This document shows positions 36,901 through 50,700 of a DNA stretch of 64,000 nucleotides, in pieces (the stretch's first letter is position 1; each line of letters starts with the position of its first letter). Location of the stretch: assembly GCA_004431415.1 (NCBI GenBank), contig QPMI01000493.1:1-64000 (forward strand), written 5' to 3'. A program made the translations under genes and the position numbers. This DNA is from Cyanophora paradoxa CCMP329. Taxonomy: Eukaryota; Plantae; Glaucophyta. Under the pieces are notes generated by a model. That model made no database searches. It saw nothing but the letters and a program-made list of their open reading frames with translations, and was not told the DNA's origin.

Positions 36901-39900
36901 GCACGGGCAATGGTAGTAGTACTGCAGCAGTTCAAGAATTCAGCGTTTATGTGTATATATGCGCTGCGAAGGGGGGAAAGGCCAGCGGACCACGGAGTTG
37001 CTTGTGCTGGTTCCTATGTCCCACCAGCGGGTCGCCCAATCCGGCATAGCGTTCGGATAGATCCAAGACTACAGAAGGGTTAAAACTAAAGAAACAATTC
37101 AACACAAAATGAGTGCGGCTCACTTCAAAGGAGAGAGGGTACACGAGAGTTCGGCTCGCGAAGAAGTCGCTCATGTCTAAATACCTCTGGGCAGCGGCCC
37201 CTCCAGCCGTGCCGAAACGAAGCCCTGGAGGCCGCGTGAATGGAAAGCGAATCGCGTTTGGTCGACATCGGGGCTGAAGGAACCTAGGCCGGCGGCCGGA
37301 GGGGGCAGGCCATAACGATGTCGCCCACAAGCTTGCCAGAGCGGCCCCGCCCGCTCGAGTCGGGCACGTCCTTGCCGGACAGGGCGCCTTCGAGCTGCGC
37401 CGGGAAGCAAAAATCAGCCGAGCACCCCAGCAAGCTCGCCCAAGCTACGCTCACCGTGCTGCCGCAGCTGTCCAACTTGTAGTGCAGCTCGACGGGCACA
37501 GCTGGCTGCCTGCCCATGAAGGATTCCATGACTTGGGCGGCCGTCAGCGCCGCGGAGTGGATTCGGAACCCTGCCAGCGTTCGGTTTTCACGTGGCGTCA
37601 AGGACGCGACGAAAGTTTGCGAATGCACCAGAGTAAAAAATGTCCGACGGGCTACCCGGAGCCATCCACACACTGCGTCCTATGCGCAGGATGGACCTGC
37701 CAACATTCGAAATCGAGGCACCAGCTCCGGCCTGTCCGGTCTTCAAGTGCGGAACCTGGCTCCCGTTTCGATAGGTGCGGATCTCGGATGCGGTGAAAAC
37801 AAGAGCCAGGTGATGCCAGCAGTTGTCTTTAGGGATGCTGTAGTCGTCTCTAAACGCAATTGTCTCGTAGTAGATCGAAGAAGTATAGAGATTTATCATC
37901 AATGCCATTCCTGTAACGCCGGATTTACTCTGCAAAATTCGGCGGACTCATGATCAGAGCCAGACAGCTTGTGGAAGGCAATTACGCCTGCGCATGCGCA
38001 CGTGGCAATTGTCGTAGTACCCCGCCCCTCCAGGCGGACAAAAGGTCACTATCTACAGCAGCATAAGATTCCTTGACGAGCGTGCGCATTATATATATTG
38101 ACGAACAATGTTATGGCCAGTGCCCGACGGGTTTCCAATGTCTGACGGGTAAAGCCCGAAGTGTAATTAACTAGACAATTGACTGCAATGCATTGAAAAA
38201 GCACCTATGATTTGGTCCCAGCTTCCAAAAGGGGCTTGCCGTGGAATTTTGACCCTGCGTGATCATTGTGATGATGAGCTAGTGAGCATATGCACGAGCA
38301 CACCACAAAAATCGCACCACAGGTCCAGACTAAAAGGAGTGCCCATCGGAAAGCCTGGAGCCTCGATGTATCTTCCGTTACCCATATCGCTTGTCCCAAA
38401 GTAAACCCCTTGCCAGAGTTCAGGACTATAGAAGCCCGAGAGCAAGGCGAGTGAGGTGTATAGTACCTGCAGCTGGCACGGGGCACTGCACAGACGGTCC
38501 GAGGTCCCCGTACATCGTTCCCGGCCGTCCTTTGCCCGAGTAGTCCACCGCCTGAAACAATCACGTGAGTGACGGCTCGACGATTGTCAGGGATGTCGCC
38601 AGTGGCGCCCGAGCGCACCGTGCCTCCGCACGTGTCGAACTTGTAGTGCAACTCGAGAGGGGGCCGGTCCCGGGGCACGTTGCCTTGCGCCACGTCGGCA
38701 ACCTGGGCCGCCGAGAGCGCAACGGAATACACCCGGAAGTCGGCGAGCTCGACGCCGTACGCGTACGGCCCCGAGCCGGCCGGCCAGCCGGCGCCGACGT
38801 AGTGCACGGTCCGAGTCCGCTTGGGAACCGTGCCCGTCCCGGGCGTGAAGCTCGAAGCCCGTGCGCTGGGGCGGGGGACGCCGTCGAGGAACGTGTAGTA
38901 CGCGTCCGGGGTCAGAACCAGCGCGACGTGGTGCCAGGAGCCGTCCGCGGGGATGCTGTGCTCCGCGAGGAAGAGAGGCACGCGCTGCTTCAGCTGGGTC
39001 CCGTCGTACATCGAGAGCAGAAGGGTCTCGTAGCCTGCGTTCCTGTGCGGCTGCGCACGATATCAGTCCACATGCAAGTTTGACCATGGATCGCTTTCAA
39101 TATTAATATGCAGGCAGGCTAGAGGACTAATAGTACAATCATTACATGGCGTCTCCGGTCGGTAGAAAACAATGCAAGTTCGCACCTCGCAGTCCGCATC
39201 GGAAGGGACTGCACCCGGAGGACCGCAGAAGCTCAGAATCTGCCGCCGCAGCCATCGTCAGACAGCCATTGCAGCTAGCGCAATAGGGGACGTACGATGT
39301 TGTCCAATCCAACTCCGCTGCCAAAATCAACGAGACGCAAGAGCGCGTTCGGATTCGCTTGACTTCTGCTGATGCGTAGCCTGCGCGCACAAGAATCCAT
39401 TGATGATTTTTATTGCAAAATTGCCAGTAAATAGTGAAACGCTTGAACCAGAACGCAATCGTCAACGGCGCGCCAAGCTCAAACGACGGCGACACAAGGA
39501 ACCGCTCAGTCTGGTCTACTGTGCTGCTTGGCAGAACCTTGGTTCCAAAGACCAGGGCTGCCGCTCACGTCGGCGGACTGAAGGTGCCGCGCAAAAGCGG
39601 ACGGGAAATTGCAAAGCGCCCAGAAGCGCACATGTCGAAGGAGGCGCGAGATTTAACTGGCACTGCCCGCCGACTTGAGTTGCATCTCCGACAATCGATC
39701 CGAACCTCCCATTCGCTGACAGGTCTTCGGCCTGTCCAGAACTCAGATGCGCAGGGATAGAAACCTGCACACCGGCCGCGTACCGTCTGGTTGCAGCCGT
39801 CGAACGCGTAGCGGAGTTGGAGCGTCGCGTCGTCGGCTAGCCCGCCATGGAACACGTCGACTGCCTGCGATGCGGACAGAGCGCTACTGTACACCCGGAA

Positions 39901-42900
39901 GTCTGCGAGGAGCCCGTGACGCGGGGCGGGGCGACAGCAACGAAGGATGACGAACCGGAGAGGTATCCGTCGGCGAGGCCCGATTCGCCCTGCTGGCCTC
40001 TGGAAATGTAGTGCTTCTCGCGCGCAACTTGCGGGATGGACCCAGCGCCGCCCGCGAGCCCATTGCCAGTCTTGGAGTGAGGCCGAACGGAACCATTTCT
40101 ACAAAGCGCAGATAACTATCAGCGCACAGCAGCATACAAACAGTGGGAATTGATTACAGGTAGGTGAGCGTTTCAGAAGCAGTGAAGACCAGAGTGACGT
40201 GAGAGTATTCTCCAATCTACAGGGTGCGAAAGCTCAGCGTGGAGCCTCTGGCCGGAGAAACACCATGAAGGCTCTCTACCGGAATGGCGTTGTCGCCTCC
40301 GAACGCCTCGAGATGGACGACGGCGGTGCTGCCGCTGTGAGCGAGCACAATTAGGCTCAATGCACCGTCCCTTGCCTGCCCGCACGATCTCATTAGCAGG
40401 ATATTCTCCAATCGGCTGCAAGGACACGAAGCCATCGCACCGAGCCTGTGATCTGCGCGTTGGAGATGGTCCGATCGGACACGACGGCGCCCTTGGGCAG
40501 GAACCCGACGACAATGCTGTCCAGGCCAGACCCGCCGGCGCTTTCGAAATCCAAGATACGCCTGCGGAAATGCATTCGAATTCAGATTCAGGTAGTCGGT
40601 AATCTTTGCATAATCGCTATTCGATGTTGATGGAAGCACGCACGCCCATGCGGTCTGAGACTTGCGGGGATTGATCCAGAAAGAGACGCTGAAGGGAGAG
40701 CCAAGCGTGAACGTCGGGACGGCAACGTAGCCTTTCCACCCGCTTCCCCAGAAGAAGACCGAAGAAGCTGTCCGGAAATCTGAGCTTTTAACACAAGCGT
40801 CACGGGCGGGCACAAGATTGCGAACCAGGCGCTTGACAGCTGCGCGGTAAAGAGACGTCGCCGTAGAGCTGTGCATGTCGCTTCCAGCCGCTTGAATCCA
40901 GCGCCTGTATATAACGAGCGATTAACAACAACACATGATTAGTATCAATTTGCTTAAATCGTGCACCACAGTGCCGCAGCCGTCAAACGCCAGCCGCTGC
41001 TCGAGTGGCGCGGCGGTCGCACTTCCCGCGAGGACGTCCGCAACTTGGGCTTGCGCCAGGGCCGCGGAATAGATCCTGAAATCTGCAGCGGCGCTGAGTA
41101 ACAAGATGTGTCGCATTGATTAGATAATTCGCAGCAAACCAGAGAGGGCAGATGCTACGGCGCCCGTCTCGCCCCAGAGTCCGCGAGCGATCCAGTGCTT
41201 CGAACGCTGCAATTTCGGCCACAAAGCGGCTGCACCTGCGACGCTCGTTCCTGTTTTCGAGTGGGGACGCAGCGTTCCGTTCAGGTACGTCGTAATCGCA
41301 TCATCCGCGATCGTAATAGTGACGTGATGCCACCGCCCATCGACGGGGACTCCGTTGTCGCCTTCAGATAAAAGAACGGAACACATGCACATGAGCAACG
41401 GGAATTGAATTTAAGATGGCTGCGGCGCATGAGCGTACCCTGAAACAAAACAATAGAAACTGTTACGATTTCCCCTGTGTAAAGGTTCATAAAAAGGCTA
41501 GTCTTTCCTGCGGACGCCTGGCAGGCAAGCAAAGGTTACGAAAAGCAGCAAGACTTTAATTTCGAGAAGCAAATATTAAGAAACGCCGGACCGAGCAAAT
41601 TTGAGTGGTTCCTGTAGTTCCGTCTGTGAAAGAGCCGCCATCGGGACAATACGTCACAACGAAATTGTCTGCCCGTTAACGTAAACAGCATGCATCGATA
41701 ACATTCAATTGGCACATAAAATAGACAATTAACCGTTTACCTTGCGGAGCTCCGGAGCCAAAGTCTACGATGCGTGTCCACATGACTGGCGGCCGCTGCA
41801 GCATAATCCTGCACCGAGAACAGCTTCAGCGCCGCTCCCACCCTAGGACTCGCGCGCGAGGCGCAATCACCAGAAGCTGAGGGTGAGTGGCGTGCCGAGC
41901 GTGAACGTTGCAGAGTCGATGTAGTCGTTCGTGGTCAACGTTCCACTCTGGCCAAAGTACACGCCTGTGTCAGAACTCGCGGCGGTCGTGACTGCCGTTC
42001 GACCTGGAAGACCGATCGAAACGCGGATCTGATGTGAACACAGACCGACAAAGTACGCACTCGCGTTGTCAGCGGGCGGGACGCAGTCCGACAGAATGGC
42101 GACGTCTCCCACAAGGCTCGCATGCCTCTCCCGGCCGCTAGTGTCCTCTGCCTGTTGAAGTGCAAGTTTCGCGCGGGCAGAACATGGATGCAAAGTCAAA
42201 TTTAATTTGGTATCCAAGTACCGTCGTTCCGCAGCCTGAGAAAGGCAGAAACAGCTGGACAGATGGGATGGACCTGGGTTGAGGGTCGTCTTGGTAGAGC
42301 AGCTGCACTTGCGTCGCAGTCAGAGCCTCGCTCCAAACACCGAAATCTGTCCACGTTTCAGCAGAGCGCGCGCACGTGCAAACCCTCGAGATTAGAAAGC
42401 AGGATGTGTTACAGACCAGACATGTACATGTCTCGAGTGTCGAGCACCTTCACTTCCCAGCCCGACGTCGACCCGAGCCAGTGGAGCGGCCGCGTAATGG
42501 TCGGAATGGACGCGGCGCGGCCGGGGAGGGTCGTTCCCGTCTTTGTGTGCGGCGTCGCCTGCCCGTCGAAGTAGACGGTGATGAGGGAGTCGGTCACAAC
42601 GAGGGCGACGTGGTGCCACGACCCGTCGACGGGGATCGCGTTCGCCCCCGTGAACATCCGCAGCCGCACGACCCAAGTGGAGTCCACCGCAAGCGCCAGG
42701 CCCATGGCGGTCGTTCCAGCGGGGGCCTGCGGCGGCGCCGGCTTGATAAGTGGGACGATGCCGCCGCGCATATGCCGGCAAGCAGGACGGACATCGCAAG
42801 GAATATTGGACAAATTCTGCGTTTCATCGTAGTCCAAGCCGCCCGGAGTGCAGAAATACCTAATGAAGAACTCAGCTAGACGACTAAACTTTATTTAGTT

Positions 42901-45900
42901 TGCCTATTCAAGCACGGCGGATGACCAGTTAAGATTGTTGAAGACGATCTCATTCGCTGGAGGTGCGCCGTAGAATTCAAAGAGGCGTTCATATGTCCTC
43001 GGAGTTTGCACCAACCGAATCCTGCGGTGCGCCGGTGCGCGTTAGCAAAGCGGCGCGTCCCGCGCAGCTCTGCAAAGACGCGCCAGGCGGCGACGGTGAA
43101 GGGGGTGCCGAGCGCGAAGGGCGGGACCTCCACGCGGCGCCGGAGGTCGAGGGAGGAGCCGAAGTAAACCCCTGAGGGATCCACTATCAGCCTTCAAAAC
43201 AAGGCGATAATGCAGTCACGGCGCACCGGTGCGAGGGCTGCCGCACGCCTCCGGAGTAACGACGTCGCCGACGGCGGTGCCGTGGCGGCCACGCCCGGAC
43301 TCGTCGACCACCTGCCACCGTGCTCTCAAGACGCCTCGCGGGCGGAGCAAACGGGCGCGGCTCGGATGGCCCGAAACGCGAGCCACACGCACCTTGCCGC
43401 GGCATCCGCTGAAGGTGTAGGACAGCTCGAGCGCCGCCGAAGGCGCGCTGCCCACATAGCGGTAGTCGGCGAGCACCTCCGAAGCGGTCAACGCTTTGGA
43501 GAAGACGCGGAAATCTGCGGCGGCGAGAGTGCAGAATCAGAGCAGCGTGGGTTTGAATAAATTTCAGAGAAGAGTGCAGACCGGCCAAGTAAGTGTTGAC
43601 CGGGTACAACGCAGTGTTCACGTTGGTCTTCCCGATTGAGAAGGTGCCCGCCAGACTCGCAATCGCACTCCGGGGGAAAACCGTCGTCGTCGAGACCAAT
43701 GTGCCATTGAAGTAGAAGGATGTAATCGATGCCGTGACGACAACCTGGACTCTTGCATCAGCCTCATTGCATTCGGGCCGGCGCCAGCGATCTTCTAACG
43801 ACATCGATCAGCGCTTACCGCGCAGTGATGATAGTTTTCGTCCACCTGCGAGCAGCCCAACTCAGATTAAAAGATTTTCTGAAGTGCATATTCAAGCTTT
43901 TAGGATTCAATGTCTGTGGTGTACGAACCGGAATGCCGCCGACTCCCCCGAAAACGTCGAATTGGTGGTTGGATGGGGTAGGGGTGTACACGTGCAGTCG
44001 AACGCCGACTCTGCCCGAGGCGGCCTGCATCGGAGTCTATCAAACCCAGCACCCACCGCACCGCCGCTTTCTTTTAAAACGCTTACGGAGCACGAGCCAT
44101 CGACGTCGCATAGGTTTATGGCGAATCCATTTGTAGAGGGCGACCCAAAGTCGATCAAGCTGTTGGACGCGGTCAAAGCCATTCTATTGGCGCTCTCAGA
44201 GATATCGATGTTATATTTTTACCGAGTCCATTGTTGATTCGTTCGCTGCCGAGTCGATATCCAGAACGTGAAGGTCTACGTGAAGTTCATGATCAGACTC
44301 TACAACGGCCACGGCGACGAGGGGCGGACCATGGGGGCGCCCAGCGCGAAGGTAGGAGCGAGGACGTATCGCGAGGTTGCCGTGATGCTGCCGCCTGTGA
44401 TGCTCGTTCCGAAGTACACTCCTGCGCAAAGCGAGCTCGCCAGGACACCAAGCGCCGCAAGCTATAGAACCGGCAGCCGTGCGCGCCCTGCTTTGAGCCC
44501 GGGCAGTCTCGAAAGGGGTGCAAGTCTCCATACACCGTCGCGTGCCGCTTGTACGGCGATTCGTCGAGTATCTGCCGCGGTCTCGCTCCTTAAGGGAGGG
44601 GCGCTGGAGAGAAGCATATGTACGCCGGCGGCATCATGTCTGCACCTGGCCGCGGCAGCCCTTCATCGAGTAGGAGAGCTCGATCGGGGCGGCGGGGACG
44701 ATCCCGTTGTAAGCGGCGGCCGCCTCTGCCGCAGACAGCGCACGGGAGTAGATGCGGAAGTCTGCGGGGCCGCGGGCGTCAGGCGCGCCACGGCACGGTG
44801 CGCCGGATGAGCGCACCCGCGAGCCGCAAAGAAACAAGGTACGGGTCGGAACCGATGGCTCTCCCGATATACATAAAAGCGCGGGTCCTGCTTGGGATGT
44901 TGGCCGCACCAATGTTCGATAAAATAGCGCCCGTGCGAGCGGTCCCGTTCACTGCAGAACCCCGGACTTGTTCAGGAACGGGATGCGGGCTAAAAGCGGC
45001 ACGTATACGTACGATACGCGACGACGCTCGAAGAAGTGCAGGAGACCACGACGTGGTGGAAGTAGTTGTCGATCTGCGCGCGCGAGACCCCGAGTCAAAG
45101 TTGGTTCACATGTGTTCCAGCGCGGCATTTAGTTCGCCGCTCGGCTGCTGATCAGGAAATTTATAGCATCCTACAGCTTCTAGGTCAGGTTCACACGAAC
45201 CGGGATGCCGCCCTGATCGAACACGTTCCTATTGACCACGAGCGTGGCCCCGTCTCTCATGACGAGATGCAAGTTCACTTTCCCAGTGGCGGCCTGCGAC
45301 ATCGATGTCGGGCAACACGCGATCAGATGCAGATCTACAACATGGACAGGAGCCGCAGCAGGTGGCGCGTCCGCGGGATTGCACGTTACAGTTCGTCCCG
45401 CCGACGGTGCAGGAGTGGATGGTAAGCTGGTCGTCGGTGGGCGAATCCCCGAATTCGAATATTCTGGAGGAAAATTTATCGCGGATGGACGTCAGCAACA
45501 CGGAGAAAAAGCATGCGGTACCGCGAGTACAACGCTTGGTTCTCCGGGATTCGGATCCAGAACTCGAAGGTCTGCAAGACAGACAGCGCGATCGGCACAG
45601 GTGTAGGCGAGGGACGGCGAGACTGTCTCCCAACCAGCTGGGGGAGACGCACCATGGGGGTACCGAGGGGAAAAGGGCGGATATCGGCGTAGCGCTGGGT
45701 GGAGGAGGGTGTGGACCCCGCGTTCCCGAAAAACGCCCCTGCAGGAGCTCATCAACATGAGCGAAAACATTGTAGAGAGGGGGCGCAGAGGGGGCGCAGA
45801 GGGCGCAGGGGGGCGGAGAGGGCAGAGGGGAGGAAAGGAAGGGGAGGGGCGGCAGAGGGAAAGCAGGACGGGGAAGGAAAGCAGTGTGGTGGCGGGACTC

Positions 45901-46351
45901 AAGAGGGGGCGCAGAGGGGGCGTAATGGGTGAGGAGCAGAGGGGGCGGGGGGAAGTAGCGGGGGGAAGGAGATGAGGGTTTGGCTTGAGATTAAGAAATA
46001 AGGAAGAACAGGCGAGGATATCGATGCAAGCGGGCAGACTCTTTGGGCAGGGAAGGGGGAAAGAATACACGCACTGTGGGGGAGTGGGGGAAAGGGGGAG
46101 GCATGAGTCTCAAGGGAGGGGGAAGGGGGGGGGGGGGGGGGGGGGGGGGGGAACAGGTTCGTAAAGGGAAGGCGGGCAAGAGATGGGAGTGGGGTACTAG
46201 GTCGGCAGCGAAGGACAGGCCCTAGGTGCCGATGGGCGGCCTAGGCGAAGGTACGGTTGGGTCGAGCCGCACCTTGCGAGCGGGGGCCCGCGCCGGAGGT
46301 GGCGAGGGGGCGCAGGAGGAGGGCGACGAGGAAGAGCGCGACGGGCTGCAT
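27967..46351 (-). CDS. Gene B: inverted paralogue of gene A; signal peptide, about 11 LamG-like domains, unknown region, one Cys repeat; no TM module seen (3' end uncertain); contains frameshifts
   Basis: ATG at 46351 gives MQPVALFLVALLLRPLATSGAGPRSQ. Exon-by-exon homology with A 3325-13330; three additional LamG units at ~45640-42130. Homology to A ends at the splice donor after ..DLGASACY (~27967). Confidence 0.7.
31680..39700 (-). repeat. Internal ~4 kb tandem duplication in gene B (LamG3-LamG4-LamG5 plus following beta domain, twice)
   Basis: MYDGTQLKQRVPLFLAEHSIPADGSWHH at ~39010 and ~35020; QRYLDMSDFFASRTLVYP at ~37190 and ~33055; VLLTANFTAGVGI..LxAAC at ~36020 and ~31950. Confidence 0.92.
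45650..46200 (-). repeat. G-rich (C-rich on the coding strand) tract after exon 1 of gene B
   Basis: Purine-rich with long G runs and repeated GAGGGGGCGCA; same position as the tract in gene A. Confidence 0.8.
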
Positions 46352-47764
46352 CGACCGGAAGGCTCTAGAGACGCGTGAATGAATTGGGGAGATCTCGAAA
46401 CAAGCGGAGGGCCGGTCACACACGTGGCGGGCCTTCCGCATGCAGGCGGACGAGGAGACGGCTTAAGATTACATGCGTTGAATTGCGGCAGGGCTGAGAC
46501 CGGGCGTCGTTCCTGCCTCGCCGGGACGGCCGCTGTTAGAGTCGACAGGGCGGGACAGCCTTCAGCTAACGCGAGCGCACGCGCGCGTGCACCTGCGCAT
46601 ATGCATGCGCGTGCGGGCGCCGCGCCCGCGCGGCGAGCTCGCCCGGGCCCGCGTGCGTTGCCGTGCCAGATGGCGCGCGTATACGTACCTGCCTTCTGCA
46701 GCCGCGGCCCGAAACGTCTGCAGGCCGCGGGCGTTGCAATCGCCTGCCGACGTCGCCCGCGGCTGCGGCGCCGGCCGCGGCCGAGGAACCCGGTGGTGGA
46801 GCCCGGAGCTGGAACATCCGAGTGAGGATGATGATTGGCACGCGTACGGTCGGTGATTCGAACAGATTCGCTTCGGTCCTAAGCCTGCAAGTCTGAGGCG
46901 GCTGGGTGGCCGGTCTGAAGCGGCTCCGAGGCTCGGCGACCTTGCAGCTGCGGCGCGCTTAGCTGTGTGGCTTTCGCCCGGGCCCCCTGTACCTTTCAGC
47001 CGCGACGTCGACCTTTCAATCACTTGCACCACGCACGCGCGCGGCGCTCAGCTGCAGACGCATTTGCTTCACTGCGACCTTCGACTATGACCAAGCCGCT
47101 CGGCTATGAGGCTATCTGCATGCTGCTCGCGTGAGATCGATCGAAGCCTTGAAGCGTGCGCCGGCGCCGGTGCGCATGCCAGCTGCGCATGCAGCCCATA
47201 CAGCTGTCGGGCGCGCGCGGCGATCCGAATGTCACTTTGGCTAGGCCTAGGCTTGATCAGCTAGCCATATGCATGCTCTCACAGTGCTGTCCGACGGTCT
47301 CAGCTGCAGCGCGCTAGCGGCTTCGCATGCTCCTTTAGCCCTGCAGGCCCCTGCTCCGATCTGTCAGACTGCAGACTGCTAGTAGTCTGCTACCCAGTGT
47401 GGGCCCTATGGCCCAGGCTATGGGGCCCGCGGGGGTATCATAACGGGCGGCACCGGCCCGCCGGCTGGCTAGCGAGCTACTAGTACTCAAGGGCTCCTTG
47501 CGTTTCGGTGCGAACGAAGTGAAGTAACCGCCGGGACGCCCGTAACTGCCGCGGCGTCTGGGCCAGCTGGCTCCACCACTGGGCCAGCTATTCGTCTAGT
47601 GGCAGATGGTCATGGGGAGCCGGGGCGCTGCTCTAGCCTCTAGAGTCTAGATCTAAGCACGCACCACCGCTGGAGGGGAATGAGCACTGGGTACAGCACA
47701 GACGGTCTTCATCAGGCCGGCCATCAAAGTCCCAGCCGCTGTGGGAGGCCCAGAATCACACAGA

Positions 47765-50700
47765 ATGGGCAAGACGGACGCAAAGAATGCCGAGAAGGCT
47801 GCGGCCGCGGGCGGCAAGGCCGACAAGGTGGACGACGGCTGGCTGGCGAAGTCTGCCAACGTCGTGAAGCTCACGCCTGACAACTTCGACAAGGTGCCAG
47901 CATCCTTGAACTGCTGTTTCCGGCGGCACTTAGCCGACCGCCGCGCTGGAGCAGATAGTCTCGGAGCCCGGCAAGACGGTGCTGGTAGAGTTTTTCGCCC
48001 CGTGGTGCCCGCACTGCAAGCACGCCGCTCCGGTCCGTGGACTCCCGTTTTTCACGCTCGGCCGGGCCCCGTCGCCGCCCCGTTGACCGCTTCTCGCAGG
48101 AGCTGGACAAGCTGGCAGACTCTTATAAGGCCGACGCGAAGATGGCGGTGCGGCGCGCCTCTCCTCCGGAATCTCTCTTTTCGCCATTCGAAGAGCTTTC
48201 CGCGCGTGCAGGACAAGGTCGTAGTGGCGGCCATCGACGCCGACGCGCACCGCGCGATAGCCGGCAAGCTCGGCATCGACGGCTTCCCGACACTCAAGGT
48301 TTTCAAGACTCCTAATACGCCGATCGACCCGAAGGTCCGTGCCCGGCCGGCCCGCGCCCGGCCGTCTGCCCCGCGAGCCGCGCCGACGCGCGCTGCGCGG
48401 CGGCCCACAGGTGCCGTTCAAGAGCTACACCGGCGTGAGCGTCTACGGCGCGAAGAAGGTCGTGACTTTCGACGCGGGAAAGGCGAGCCGAGCCGCTCCG
48501 CGCTTCGAGCTCCCCGGCCCCGCCGCCGCCGCTGAGCTTGGGATGGGCGGGCGCAGATCCACCACGACCAGTCGATGACGGACGCCCTCAAGGACTTCGT
48601 TGCGCATCCGAAGCTCTACGCGAAGGCACGCTCCTTCCTTTCCTTCCTTCCTTTCCTTCCTCCCTTTCTCTTCTTCGGCTGACTGTCGCACGCAGCTGCC
48701 GTCGCCCATTTACATGCCGGAGGAGCTCGTCAACGATCTTCTGCACACGCCGCAGTGCCTTTACGACACCGAGCAGACGGTCCGCCCCTCCTCGCCCCCC
48801 CCCCCCGCACCGCCGGCCCGCCAGGGGCTCCGCCCGCGCCGCGGACCGGAGCCAGGCCGAGCCGCGCTGAGCCGGGTGGGGGGGATGCGCAGCTGCACCG
48901 CGCTGGCATCGTGGCGTCGACGGAGGACGTGGACCATCTCCTCATGCAGGACAAGTGCGGCAAGCAGATGGTCAAGGTCGGCCCGCCCTCCCTTGCCTCC
49001 TTTGGCGCCCTTGCTTCGGCGCCGCCGCCGCTAGCGTTCGGGGCCAATCCTCCGCAGAACATTACGGTCCTGCGCCAGCTTATCCAGAACGAGGCTACCC
49101 GGTGCGAGGCCGCCGAGTGTCGCCGCCGCCGCCGCCGCTGTCGCCGCCGCCGACGCCCGTGGTCCTGGCAGGGCTACGTTGAAGGAGAAGTACGCCAAGG
49201 CCAAGCACGGCGCCAAGCCCGCCGACAAGGGCGCCGACAAGCCCGCCAAGCCTGTCGACAAGCCCGCCGACAAGCCCGCCGACAAGCCCGCCGCCAAGCC
49301 CGCCGACAAGCCCGCCGACAAGCCCGCCGCCAAGGCCGCCGCTCCCGCTGCGGACAAGCCGGCTGCCCCCGCTCCCGCCAAGGCCGCAGCGCCCGCCGCG
49401 GACAAGCCGGCTGCCCCCGCCACTCCTGCCCCCGCCGCCTCCGCCTCGACCACACAGAAGGACGCCCCCGCGTCGAAGCCGGCGGCAGCGCCGGCGGCGC
49501 CGGAGAAGGCGCCGGCGGCGGTGGCCGCGCTGGAGAAGGCCGTTGCGGCCGTGGAGAAGGCGGCGGCGGCGGCCGCGAAGGCCCCTCCGACGGTGCCCAC
49601 CGTGCCCATCGCCAGCGGGAGCGGCGGCGACAAGGCGGCGCCGGCCAAGCTGCTGGACGCGGACGACAACGAGATCGGCGACGACGTGCAGGTGGGCGGG
49701 CGGCCTCGGATCAAATTGCTTGCCCTGCCCCGTCGCGCGGCCTCAGATCGGGTGTCGCAGTACGCGGACGGCCCCGCCTCGGGCGACGCGGCGCCCAACA
49801 ACTCGGCCCTCGTGCGCCTCTCCGCCCCTCCCGGGGCCCGGGCCGGGCGAGAGGGCGGGTCCAGAGCCAACCAGCCAGCCAGCCAGCCAGCTAGCCAGCT
49901 AGCCCCGGGCGCTAAGACGGGGGATCGTTGAGGCGGGGGGTACCGTAGCGGCAGATCGCCGCGGCGCACACGTATGTCCCGAGCCGGCACGACCGGCCGG
50001 GCTCGGAAGACCTCTTCCAGCACGACCAAAGAGGGGCTAGTCCCGCCCGCCCGCCCGCCCGCCCCCCCAGCAGATGCCGCATCGGGTCGGACGCGAATCT
50101 GAGCCGGATTCTCCCCATCCCCCTGCTCAGATCGTGGACGTGGCGGGGAGCGACAAGAAGAGCGTGGAGGACATGCACGACAAGGCGATCGGCAACCCCG
50201 AGAAGGTGGGACCCCGAAAGGGCTCTGCTCGCCGTCTAGGAGGCCGGCGCTGTTCCCGCTGGCAGCCCGCGGGCGACCGCCCCGCCCGCCTCCGGCCCGA
50301 TCCGAGCTTATTTGACGTTTCTTTCGCCGCCGCAGTTCACGATCGCTGTGTACCACGCCTACTGGTGCCCCCACTGCACCTCCCTCATGCCGGTGCGCGC
50401 CCGCCCCGCCGCCGCCGCGCGAGATTCGATCCCGGAGGCTCACCTGAGCCCACCTGATCAGATCCTGGACAAGCTGGCGGCCAAGCTGCAGGAGCACGGC
50501 GTGAAGGACGTCCAGGTCCGCTCAGATCAGATCTGATTCGATCCGATCCGATCCGGCCCGATCCGGTCTGACTTTGCGCGCTCAGATCGTCCGCACGGAG
50601 CTGGCGCACCACAAGGACTTCACCAGCGGCATCGCCCTCAAGTTCGTTGCTCAGATCAGATCCGATCGGTCTGATCTGAGCGATCCGATCTGACCTGAGC

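Noticed and set aside
31680-39700. Diversity-generating retroelement as the cause of the variable loops
   Set aside because: No reverse transcriptase in the window; differences are not adenine-specific and include indels and intron divergence.
47395-47585. Possible CAGTG..CACTG terminal inverted repeat element upstream of the thioredoxin gene
   Set aside because: The match is too short and no TSD was found.
49031-50497. 488-aa minus-strand ORF (and the 379-aa alternative-frame ORF 48755..49894)
   Set aside because: Shadow frames of the DKPA repeat exon of the thioredoxin gene.
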